Origin: Amphiscolops sp. MND2022
Lineage: Eukaryota
Assembly (NCBI GenBank): GCA_964187785.1
Contig: OZ076418.1
Location: 45,322,001-45,386,000 of the forward strand
Direction of reading: 5' to 3'
Length of the DNA: 64,000 nt
Shown here: positions 1 to 11,400 of the stretch, piece by piece
Numbering within the stretch: position 1 is the stretch's first letter
How the letters are laid out: every line of letters starts with the position of its first letter
Notes under the pieces: generated by a model
The model's input: the letters and a program-made list of their open reading frames with translations, nothing else
Databases searched by the model: none
Told to the model about the DNA's origin: nothing
Program-made: the position numbers and the translations under genes

Positions 1-27
1 TCGCAGGCGAAACTAGGTTTCGCTTAC

Positions 28-964
28 TGTCAGAACGGGTCACGTTCGTATTAATAACGGTGTTGAGTCCGCTACATTCGGTTGTCGATGATGATATTTT
101 CTCAGTAAGGGCTAACACAATGTTTGTTAATTCACTGATTTGTTTGTTCATCTCCATGAAACGTTGATCGACAGAATTCAAACTGGAGTTATGTCTAACA
201 TCGATTAGATCTCCATTCTCGAATTCATTTATCTGATTTCGTGATAACGTGTTAGGGAAACTATATCCGCTCTCGTTGTCACTATTTTGTTCCATTCCGC
301 TGGAACACGCTGCATAACTATCTACGTTTTGAGATCTAGTATTGACCATCTTCGAATCTTCGAAAGGAATTGTTGTTTTAAAGGTTTATTGATACAAATT
401 GAAAATATGAATATCAAGTTTTGAGTAAATCAATGAGGTAAGCAACACTACGTCAGGTGATGGTAAATTTTGTACTGATGGTACTTCAACGCTTGTCGCA
501 ATTTTCACTGCAGCTGGTCACGTGACCGCATTGACCAATAGTGTTGCGCTATTGATTAGGTGTTAATTGGTGCGTCCTGCTGGTAGCAACGTAAATGGCG
601 TTTAGTACAAAAGGTAGCACCGATATGTTACCATGGTTACATGAATAATCTATTACTTTAGTATTGCGTTGGTTGATGCAAAATTGAGTCTATGATGGTG
701 CACTACCATCGTTATATATGATACTACATTTTACTGATGAAATTAAATATGATGAAAGCACTTGTACGTAGCGTGTAATGAGTAAATGATGTCAACGTTT
801 ACAATTCGTTTTTATTTTAGGAAGTAATAATGATGATGGGATAGGCCCGTCATTGTTCAATGGTAATTCATGGTTATTGAAATATCAAGAGTATTACATT
901 TAACTGAGTTTTTTAAATGTTTAGAATGTTTTTTATCAGTTTCGTTCATGCTTCCGGCATGACA
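28..964 (-). repeat. Gypsy-1 3' LTR
   Basis: Matches 14639..15575 with about 10 substitutions counted by eye; directly preceded on the minus strand by a purine tract. Confidence 0.97.
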
Positions 965-976
965 CTCCCCCTCTTT
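965..976 (-). promoter_or_regulatory. Gypsy-1 polypurine tract
   Basis: Minus-strand AAAGAGGGGGAG abuts the TG of the 3' LTR. Confidence 0.9.
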
Positions 977-1987
977 AGAAGAAAAAGCGGTGTGCAGGGT
1001 CTTTGGAAATCTGGTGGCGGGGAGGTGTGGTAAATGTAGCAGCTTTATTTATGTAGGAAGTGTTGGTTGTCTAATCTTTCTACGAAGGTTATTTGACTGG
1101 TGTAGTGACTTCAACTACTTTTGGATTGTCCGTTGCGGATGATGTCATAGCAACCTCATCGGCAGTGGTGAGTCGCTTTTATGGCTTGGAATATTCGGAT
1201 TGGTTGGGACCAATTGTTACTTCGATTCGGTTCAGCAATTGAGAGGAAGAGAATGAATTTAGCGTGACGAATGAACCACCTCGGTAAAGAGTAATTGTAG
1301 AGTCGGTGTGGCGAGAGTAGCCACGTCATCCAATTGTGCGCGTCGTTTGTAGTAAGAGTTTAAGTAAGAATGAATCTGCCGGAAATTAGTTGAAAGTGGC
1401 AGCGTGGTATAATTACTCGGCTAATTCGGTAACTGTTCGGAAGTGAATGTAGTGGAACATCGTGCGCTTTGTCAACAAATCTTCGTCGGTGCCAAATACG
1501 AGATCAGGAAGTAAGCTTGGTTACAGTTGATTCAGTTGTTGATTGAAGTTGTTATTGTCCAGTTAGCGGTATACCAGGTGGATGTAATTTGACTAGCAGT
1601 AAATCGGTTCAGCGATGCTGTCTGCATCTAGGTTGCTCTGCGTGGAAAACTCAATTGCAGTGTATTAAGACTTTCGAATTTGGCATTTTGTCTTCTTGTT
1701 TCCCTTTTCCTTTTTTTTTGTTTTGAGTAGATTCCGGCGATCTTTAGTATTCGAACGAAATCGTTCTTTGAGTTTGAATTTTTTCCAAGTGAACTATTTT
1801 CGAGTAAATTCGGTTGGAATTTCTCTTTGTGATATTCCGGTGTCTTGTGAACACAGAGGGTGTGGGTGATCAGACCACATCTCGTATCGTCAAAGACGCT
1901 GAAGCCTGGTAGATTGCGAATTCTACAGTTATAGACCTTTGTTGTCTCGTTCGCCATTCGTTGTTCGTGATTAGTTCCATTACTTTA

Positions 1988-4900
1988 ATGTTATCACCTG
2001 AATTATCTGAAGAAGAAGTCGCATCGATTGTGATAGCCGCAGAAGGCCTGCTAGCTGAGATGTCTAGTCTGGAGCAGTTATCTGATGAAGAGGGTTTCCA
2101 AGCCTCAGTTGATGCGTTGTTGGAAGGAGAGACACCATCAGTATGCTGCCTGTTTGCTCAGCGTGTGAATTCGTCCAATGTAGAGAATGCGACTACGTTG
2201 TTGGAAATAGCTCTCTCCAGCGAGTTCCGTAAGTAAATCCGTAGTTATCGTTATTACATTTTTTTCTCTCTTTTTTGGCTACTGAGACGGTCTTTCAACG
2301 TGTTTGTTATTGGGTGCTGTGTAATTAGGGCTAAGCTCGTCAAGGTAATTGAAGTGTTTGTAGCATTGGCATTTGTGTAATGTAGTTACCAACGTCACGA
2401 CTGAAAGAACTTCCCGGGAACTATTACCTTGGGTAGACTTCTGGGCGTTGCTAATGGTACTCATAGGTTAGATTGTACCATGTGTGTTGCAGAAGCTTTG
2501 AGTCTGACCGATATCGTCGCCGTTCTACGACGAACGCTTCAACAGAATGAGCCTCCAGTAGGTGCATCTCCCGTGAGTGCCGTCGAGACTGGGCTCCGGA
2601 ATTATGTGTACAGCCAAGCTGGTAAGTCTGTTCGCTAACTGATCCATTGTTGTTACGAAGGTGTAGCATAATCGTTATTGCTCTGTACGGCGTGTCAGTT
2701 GCTTATGGTTGGCTTCGAGATTAGATCTTGTTTACACGACGTGTAGTAATCTGCGTTGTTATCCCTTGGGTGGAATGTTTCCAGGTGCGGCGTTGGGTGG
2801 CGTGTTGACTCTGAACGACGTCGTTGCTTCTATCGCTCGACTGCAAAAAGAGTTGTCCGGCGTGGTAAAGGCTACCATCGAATCCACTCTTGGTCAGCTC
2901 GGGACAGTTGGAGCAATGGCTGTGGATGAGTTTGACGGGCAGCTGACTGCAGCAGTTTCCCGTTTAGTCCCTGCTAGTGACTTGAGAGCAGCCGTACCAG
3001 GGGAGGATGTCCCCCTCATATCGTCATCATCATCTGTGGGTGTTGCGCCAGTTGGAAATGATGCTCAAAAAGACTTGTCGGTCGTAAGTCGAACGGCATC
3101 GATGGTTCCCTCCAAAGTGACAGCTGCTAAACCTGGTAAGAATCTCAAAAGATCATGGGCGGGGTTTTAGTGAACAATAATGCTAAGATTATCGAGAGAC
3201 AAGACTTTTTTTTATGTGGGACTATTTAACACGTTGTGTGTTTGCGTTCTAGCTCGTGCTCGGAAGATCAAGACGCTAAAGCCGTCGTACTTTGTTTCTG
3301 GCGTCGTGGGGATCTTCGTTGGATTCCCTCGGAACAAGCGGGTGATTGACGGTTACGCTCGATGTTTACTTCATCGTGCGGATCTAAGCATTGCAGGACG
3401 TGGGCTGTCATCGTTATGGGATCACTGGAAGGGAGTAGAACATACCCGATTAGAGCAAAAGTACAGAATTATGACACACAAGCCGTTGCTTGACAAGTCT
3501 TGCAGACCAGTATCTGCAGAAGAAGATCGACGGATTAGACGTGCTCGGCTGACCGAACCGCCGGTCTTTCTAGAGTCTGCGCTAAAGTTAACTGTGGAGG
3601 AGCGAATAGCCATTGAAGAGGCAGAGGCTGAAGAAGGCGCGCGCCCGCATTTGCAGGACGAAAGTGTGAATTACTTGTGGCTGAGTAATTTTGTATCAAG
3701 TTTTCTGACTGTGACGTCCTTTGATGGGGTGCTCCGGTCGCTGGACGCATGGAGGGACTGTATGGCAAACGAACTTCATTTTGAGTGCCGTACTCTGACT
3801 TACTCTCGGTGTCAGGTAAAATCGAATTTTGCAGTTATTTTAAATGGTACGGGCTACTTAGTTAACTTGCTAGTCATGTGGTTGTTATCGGTGCATTGTT
3901 ACGCTTTTCGGGTACGGGTGTTGTGTTTGGCTAAGTTTTTCGGTAGTTTATCAGTTTTGTTTGATTCTGTTTAGAGTCTCGTGCTGTATGGCTTTTACCA
4001 ATATGCAGTTGAGCAGTTAGACGCACTGGTTGCAGCAACCTCTTGTATCGGCGTTTGCATCCGTCAGTGTGATTGGCGGTGGTGTGGTGAGCTCCACATC
4101 GTTGGCGTCCATGGCATAAAGTCAGTGGTCTTGGCACATGTTTCCGGTGGAACTGGATGGGAGAAGCGGATTTTGAACAATGTCATCCCAGGTCTTGCAT
4201 GTCTTAAAGACATGACTCAGTTGAAGACGATTAGCTGCAGTGGTATCGCCTAAGACACCACTTGTGGTGGGGTTGATTACGCAGCGGTAAGTATTCAACG
4301 AGGTACAGAAACAGTTTCTTGCAGAGTTCGCGGGTCTGGATCCCCTTAGTGTCCTGGAGTACTTTCGTGTGAGACTGATGTCCGTTGCTCAAGAGGGTTT
4401 CTTAGACCGGTTGCCTTTATTGCGGCGTGTTAGTGAAAAAAACCTTTTCTCTTTTGTTTTTTTTGTGTGTAGGCCATGGCATTTGTGTAGGATTGCGATT
4501 GTTTGGCTCTGGTGAAAAGGTAGATCGTGTTCTTGTTTTGTAGCATATTCGACTCGATGGAGATGACGTGTCCCAACTTGCACTCGTTTGCGCAGAAGTG
4601 GTGGACTACTGGAATGATTTGGCGCTGTACTTTGGTACTCATAGACCGGGTGTGACATCAGAACTGCGTCCGATTACTCCTCTAGAAAGTCAGGTGTTCG
4701 AGGATGCATTGATTCGGCCTCGTTTTGCTTTTCTACGCCTTGTGCTAGATTTGAGTGAGTATGAGTTTATATGCGGATGTTCGGATACTCATTTGGGTGC
4801 ACGTGTAGCTGTATGTTCGTATGTTTTAATATGGATCAAACTTAGGTTATGGGGGGGTGTATAGAGCTAAAGTTCCGGGTGTAAAGTTTGGTGTGTGACT

Positions 4901-6280
4901 CATTGGTGTTGTGTTTCAGTGGTGAAGCATTGTCCTAGTTTGTGTGGACGTGGACGCGATTATGGCATTGTCTCGGAACGGGAACTGGCTCACTTTTTGC
5001 GTGGGCTATTGAGGTTTATCTATCCGGCTCACAGTATCCCAGCGGAGTACGAGATCGCTGCCTTGTTGAAGAATGTGGACCGGGAGTATGCAGACGTAGA
5101 CTCGAACCTGTATAGATTACATTTCGTGCAGTATTTCCGTTTCGACATCAGCACTCAACTGCCTTTCTTTTACAAATGTGTCCAGAAAATGTTAGTTGGT
5201 TTATGTCGTGGATTGAGCGGATTGTGGCAGCGTACGTGGCCCCAGCATTTGAACTTGACTCCATTTGATCCGGTTCTTTTTCATAGCGGGTCGGATGATC
5301 GCCGTGTCGACTCCTTAGTAGCAACTTGTGCTGTATTGACTACTCATGGGCTTGTGGGGCTAGATGATGGCGGAGTAGTTCAGCAATAGTATCGCGAAGT
5401 TACCCAATTTTTCAAGAGACGCTGGGCCTTTACTACGGAAGAACTACCAGTGGTGGAGGACATTTTCGCGTTGTGGATGTCATATCCTCACTGGGAGCGG
5501 TGTGAACAGTTGCGGCAGGTCATCGATCTGGCTTTCAGTGCAGTGGCTACTAGTTCGTACCGGGCGGATTTTGTGGATGACGTCAGTGGAGCTTTGGATC
5601 CTGATGCACTTGCCTCAAGCGTGCATTTCGTCCGGAGATGGTTCAGTCAACCCTTTGTGGGAAAATCGCGTCGCGACCTACGTGGTTTGTTGCGTGTTAT
5701 TGAATCAGCCGACATGCAAGTGTCTCGTTTAACCGATAGTGTTCGCGCTAAGCCGTGGGATCAACTTCTCAAAATCGAACTGGATCAAACGTTGTCCTTG
5801 TGTGTATCCATGTTGGACAATGGTCCTGATACTACAGTCGATCCGTTGGTAGATGAGTACCATTCAACAGTACTTGCGCAGTTGAATGTCATGGAGGTAA
5901 TGGCAACCAGCCCTACTCGTGTAGCGCCGGGTCCTAGAGCGATGCCATCCAGTACAGACGTGAAATCTAAGCGGCCCCGCAGTCAGCCTGATGTGAAGTT
6001 GAAGACTCCCAAGAAGACACCTAACGTGGCTACAGTTGGGACCTCCAAATCTACAGGGCGAACAAGGGGCGTTGCAGTCAGTCGACGAGGTCATAGCGCA
6101 GTGGTGAAGTCTGGAAAAGGACGGCGAACCGGCGGGAAACCGCATGCATCTAAGAGACTGGTGTTATCTGCTGCAGCTAGTGAGGCTTCAGATCATGGTA
6201 GTCAATCGTCCAGTGACGATGTGCCACTGTCTACTAACAAGTGGACGAAGCAGGCCATTCGTGATTCGTCGGATGAATAG
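1988..6280 (+). CDS. Spliced antisense accessory gene inside Gypsy-1 (about 1100 aa; this copy has premature stops); product tentatively hAT-transposase-like
   Basis: Exon model 1988..2228, 2472..2621, 2785..3135, 3253..3815, 3975..4286, (4327..4428), 4544..4818, 4940..6280. Donors GTAAGT/GTAAGA/GTAAAA/GTATGT; AG acceptors, mostly pyrimidine-rich; phases match. In-frame stops at 4251 and 5387. Confidence 0.72.
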
Positions 6281-8404
6281 TTGTGAGCTAAACTGTGTTG
6301 AGCTTGTAGATGGCAGTTTGTCGCTTGTTCAAATGATTTGTATCAATTTGAATGTTTTGCTTCTGAACGTGTAGTTTGTATATGTTTTTGTTGTTTTATT
6401 GCGGGAGCGGTTTTAGATGTATCAGAGGTCACAAGAGGCTAGTTGCGCTACCCGGCAGTCTCCTTTTCTTCTTGTTTGACTGGCGGTTATTTTACATGTT
6501 TTAGAACGTTGAGCTTGTTTTTCAGTTTTCATTTTGATGATTTTTGTTTCATTCTGCATACCTGTTGTGTTGTTCTTTCTTCATGATTTGTAGTATTCAG
6601 TTGTTGTTGGTTCATGACCTTTGACTATATTTTGTTTTGCTTCCAGCGCCGTTACTAAAGTTGAATTTACATGTTGCCTACGTTATACAAATTTTTTACA
6701 TGTGAGCTTCGTTAGCTGGTTTCATTTTGTCAGGAAGCTGAGTAGAGTTGTTTTTAGTTCCAGTGAGATTGCATGGTGGATACTTGCGTAGCCACCACTT
6801 AAGACAGAGTTTCATTCACGGAGGTTTACCCACAGGTCTCGGAAAGTGGTATTGACGCCCTGTGGTTACACCAAAGTGAATGAACGGAGCTGCACCGCTC
6901 CTTCCCAATGATCGAACTAATGTCTTGCATGCTATATATACTCTAAGTGCGTGTGTTTTAACGGGTGTTTAGTAACGTAGGTGTCCTTGTAAGGTGTCAA
7001 TCGTTTTGCATTTTACATGTGTTATTTTAGTTGTCAAGTTGAGCGTTAGCTCTGACGTCATCAACGCTGATGTGTGTCATGAGACGTCATCACTCGTGAC
7101 GTGTGTCAAATGTTAACGTCAGTTTAATGGAAAATGGGTTTCCCCATTTCCATTACAATTTTTGGCAAGTGATGGTGCGATCCATCCCTTGTTCCGGATT
7201 TTGGTCATGTGGTGGCAGTGACTACATGTATTTTGTACCTGTGTTCTTTCTGACGCGACGCTAGGACTATGAAACGTCAGTAAGAACAAAGGCGTCGCGA
7301 CTTAATTGTCAGGTAAATGGTGACGACTGCATGTAACTGTCCTTGAGGAAGATTTTTTTTATTTTCAGTTCGTTGGGAAGGTTGTTTGCCGTCGCAAAAA
7401 CCCATACAAAACTAACACCGAATCCACTTGCTAAAGAGCAAGCTTCATCTGAATGTTTGCACAACCACACAGACGCGCTTTTGATGACGCACCCACACAG
7501 CCGAACCACATTATGGTTTTTCAGGGCGGAAGTGTGAAATTAGGTTTTGAAAACGTAACTTAAACGGATCAGCTAATTCTTTTACGTTCTCGTTTGTGGG
7601 CTGTTATGTTTGCAAAAGGGACGTAATTTGGTTGATTCAGAGTCGGTGGTTACGGAATTGCGAAGCAATTCCTTTGAAGGTGTGTGGTTGGAGTTTTTCG
7701 TGAATTGCATAAATTAGTGGTTCACTTGCACGTGTATTACATGTACTTAGAAATTTCCGGTTAGTTGATGTGGTGCATATGACTGCATTACATGTATTTA
7801 CTTTCTCGCTCAGCTGTCTCGGTAGGGAGTAACAATTTACTCCGCCGGTAAACTTGGGTCTGCAGGACAGTGAGTATCAGTCGTCACTGAATGGTGTAAA
7901 GTAAATTGAGTAATTCGATGGTATGGTTGTTACATGTGGTGATATAGACTGCATTCAGTTAATTGCATGTATTTTCTTTTTATTTATTTTAAGAATGATG
8001 TGGTATGCGTGGCAGCGTTACGTGCTTCTTTTCGTTCATTCCGCTGGTGGAATAGAGTGAAACGTTAAATAACACGTAGCGACGCGGTGTGTGGAACTGC
8101 GTTACGGCTATCTCGTCTGTCGTTCGTTAGCCGGTTAAGGGCGGAAAAACGCTTTGACCGGTAATTTTGAAAATTGATGACAGTGAGTGTTAGACGTTAT
8201 TTGTGGTATCATTCAGTATCGTTTTTCTTCGTGGCTACTTGATTTAATTTACATGTATGTGTTACGAGATTCTCTTTTTTTTTGGAGAGAGTGTAGAACA
8301 CTCCCATTTAAATTTTGCATGTGATATCACTTCGCGTGCTGATACGAGGCGAAGCCTACGAGTTGTCAGCAAGAGGGAAAGCAGATTTTATGTTTGCATT
8401 AGTT

Positions 8405-11400
8405 TTAGTTGGCGGGTCTGTCTTGCATGAATTTTAGCAAAGCCGGTTTGACTCGGAGTTCGTGGACTAAGAAGTCTTGGTAGGTTTTCGATTGCGGTTC
8501 GGTTCGGAGGTTGTACCGTGTTGCGTCAATACGCGACGTTGTGTGGTCATGCTCATTATGAATTGTCGTGGTATGTTCAGTCACAGATTCGCTTGTTTCA
8601 GTATCAGATTCGTTGCTGGTGTCGTGATGAACGACTGAATTGTCAGGAGGTTGCTCGCAAGTTTCAGATGGACTCTCAGGAATTGGTTGCAGCAGCGTTT
8701 GGTCATCCGATTTTCGTACGAACTCATAATAGATGATGCCATGTTCATTGTCGATTTCTTCTTGATCGGTTGTCTCCGGTGCTGGTTCTACGTACAAATG
8801 TTGAGGCATGTGGTCATTGAAGAGCGCTTGATCATCGGCCGCATCAGGGTCAGCGAACAAGCGATTTGAGTCTTCTTCAATGTCCGGTATTGGTGCGTTC
8901 GGTGTGAAAGGACGTAATCGCATCCTATGCACGCACTGTGTTCGGAAGGTTCCGACTTTCCTGATTATGTAGTTAAAGTTTGTCAGTACTTTAATTACTT
9001 TGAAGGGACCTTCCCATTTGAAGTCATTGAAGTTAATCTTGTCGGACTGTGTTGTGAGTTTGGGATTAAGCAGGAATGTGTAGTCGTTGACCTTTAATGG
9101 TAACGCTTGGGCTTTACGGTCGTAGTACCTTTTGTACTTGTGGTATGCTTGCAGTATGTTGTCGTTGACTTGTTGGTACTTGTCGTTCACCTGGTCAACT
9201 AATCTTGTTATATCAGTTTCCGTAGTTTGACATTTCAGGGGGTTACCGAATTTGAGGTCTAGTGCGTTAAACGGAACTCTGTTGTGGAAGACTTCGCTCG
9301 GGGTGCACTTGAGTGATTGATGGTAGGTTGTGTTATGAGCCATTACCGCAAGGTTAACGTACCTGTCCCATTGGGGGGAGTCGACGGAAATGTTAATCTT
9401 CAGAATCTGTTTCAGTCTTTGGTGGGAACGCTCCACCATCCCTATGGTTTGGGCATGCTTTACAGTAGCGTGATCGATTTTGATTCCGGCAGTTTTCATT
9501 ATTTCGGTCATGATGTTGGATGTGGAAGCCGTGCCTTTGTCGGTGATAATTGTCTTCGGGACGTAGGCGTGTTAAGTGAATATTTGCATGAGCGCTTTCA
9601 CCATTGATTTAGTGTCTGGTTCTCGTATCGGTACCGCGAACAAATACCGTGAGAAGTAGTTGCATGCCCTCAGGATGTGCGTATATCCGTTTGAGTTGGG
9701 TAACTCGCCTACCAAATCGATTTCCAGTACGTCTTCCGGACCGTTGCAAGGGTCTTAGATTTTTTCCAGAGGAGGCGTTAGTCGGTTTGGATTAACAGGT
9801 TTTGCTTTGATGCACTCAATACAGTTACTTACGTACTTTGACACGTGTTCGCTCAGGCTTGGTATGTAGTAACGCTTGCGGAGTTCTACCAACATTTTTG
9901 ATGCCCCAGGGTGTCCCTGCATGGGGTCGCCATGCATTGTCCTGATTATGGGCAATGTAGTTTCTGGAGGTACTACGATTTGTTTGAGTAGAATTCCGCC
10001 AGTGTTATCAAAGAAGTTTCTGTACAGCACTTTGTTGACTACTTGAAGTCTTTTTTTGTTTTTTACCAGTTTTTGAAAAAAGGAACCAGTAAAGTTAACG
10101 TGGTTTGGTAGTGGCTCGTTGTTCACTAAAATGCAAACCATTTTTTGGACGTATTGGTTGTTTAACTGATCTTGGACGATTTGTGAATCCCCTTGCGGGC
10201 ATACCTGATTTACCGAGTTGGGGTGGTGACGTCTGGTAAACCTCGTCAGTATGATGGAAGGGGTGTCTCCTGCCAGAACGGATTCAAGGTGTCGGCTGAT
10301 GATCTGAATCATCTTGAGACGTTCGTCGTCATGTGTTTGATGGTTGTTCGCCATTGAGTTTAGCAAAGTTCGCATCTTGGTGAAGTCGTCTGCTGGACCG
10401 GTGGTTTCAGGCTGATGTGTAGTGGGTGTCGCTACATCGGGTTGCTGTTGGTCCGGGTCGTAGTCTTCTTCGTCCTCGTCCTGTTTTGGGGTTTTGGCCG
10501 CAAGATCTATCTCGATGTGGTGGACTGGGATCTGGACATTCAATTTCAAGTGAATTCTGTCTTCAGGATTAATGTCGAGTCGGGACAGGTAATCTGCAGC
10601 AGGGTTCTCGACTCCAGGGACGTGGGCGAGAACAAAGTCAAATTGAAGTGCTTGGTCGCCATGGTTCCACAGTTTGGGTGGCATTCGTTTCGACTGGAAA
10701 AAGCGGGTCAGAGCTTTGTTGTCGGTCATCACATTTGTGGGTTTTTTGACTCCCCACAGTATGTGAGCAAATTCGTCGAAGGCGAAGTGCATTGCGCGGA
10801 ATTCTTTAGCATGCATGGTCAATGACATTTGACCTTCCGTGAATCGTTGCGAGCCGAATGCTACAGGAGCGTACGTCTTCTTCTGTCCATCATTGGCTTC
10901 GGTGTAGTCCTCAATGATGAGCACGTACCTTGCTGCGTGTTCGCTCGCATCACACATGATGACCAGTTGCTTTTCTGGTAGTGGTAGTCGCTGAGATAGT
11001 TTTGTAGCTCGTGCCAGATTCTGATTAATGTCAAAGATTGCGTCCTTGTGAACCTGCGTCAGGGTGAACTTGATGTCTTTCTGTAGTAATTTGTACAGAG
11101 GTACAAGCTTTTCTGCCAACATCGGTATGTACTGTCTGTAGAATTGTACAAATCCGATGTAGCGTTGTAGTGATTTGACTGACGTTGGTGTTTTCAGGTT
11201 GTTGAGGAATTTGTCGATTTTGTCCTCAAGTGGTGCAAACTCTTTGGTAGTGATGCTTCTACCCAAAAACTCGATCTTCGGGTGACCAAAGGCGCATTTT
11301 GACATCGACAGCTTTAGACCTGCCTTCTGTATCTGCTGGAAAACTGGCTCGATGTTGATTATCAGTTCATCCACCTTGTTGGCAGCGATCCCAATGTCGT

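Noticed and set aside
730-745. Hammerhead ribozyme core (CTGATGA) in the LTR
   Set aside because: No properly placed stems or GAAA partner seen.
1000-1630. Possible alternative genetic code (TAA/TAG read-through)
   Set aside because: Stop density is not above chance, and long pol ORFs fit the standard code.
965-1957. Sense-strand env-like ORF before the Gypsy-1 3' LTR (including the 109-aa ORF 1628..1957)
   Set aside because: No signal peptide, transmembrane segment or furin site; the neighbouring frame has stops at about random frequency.
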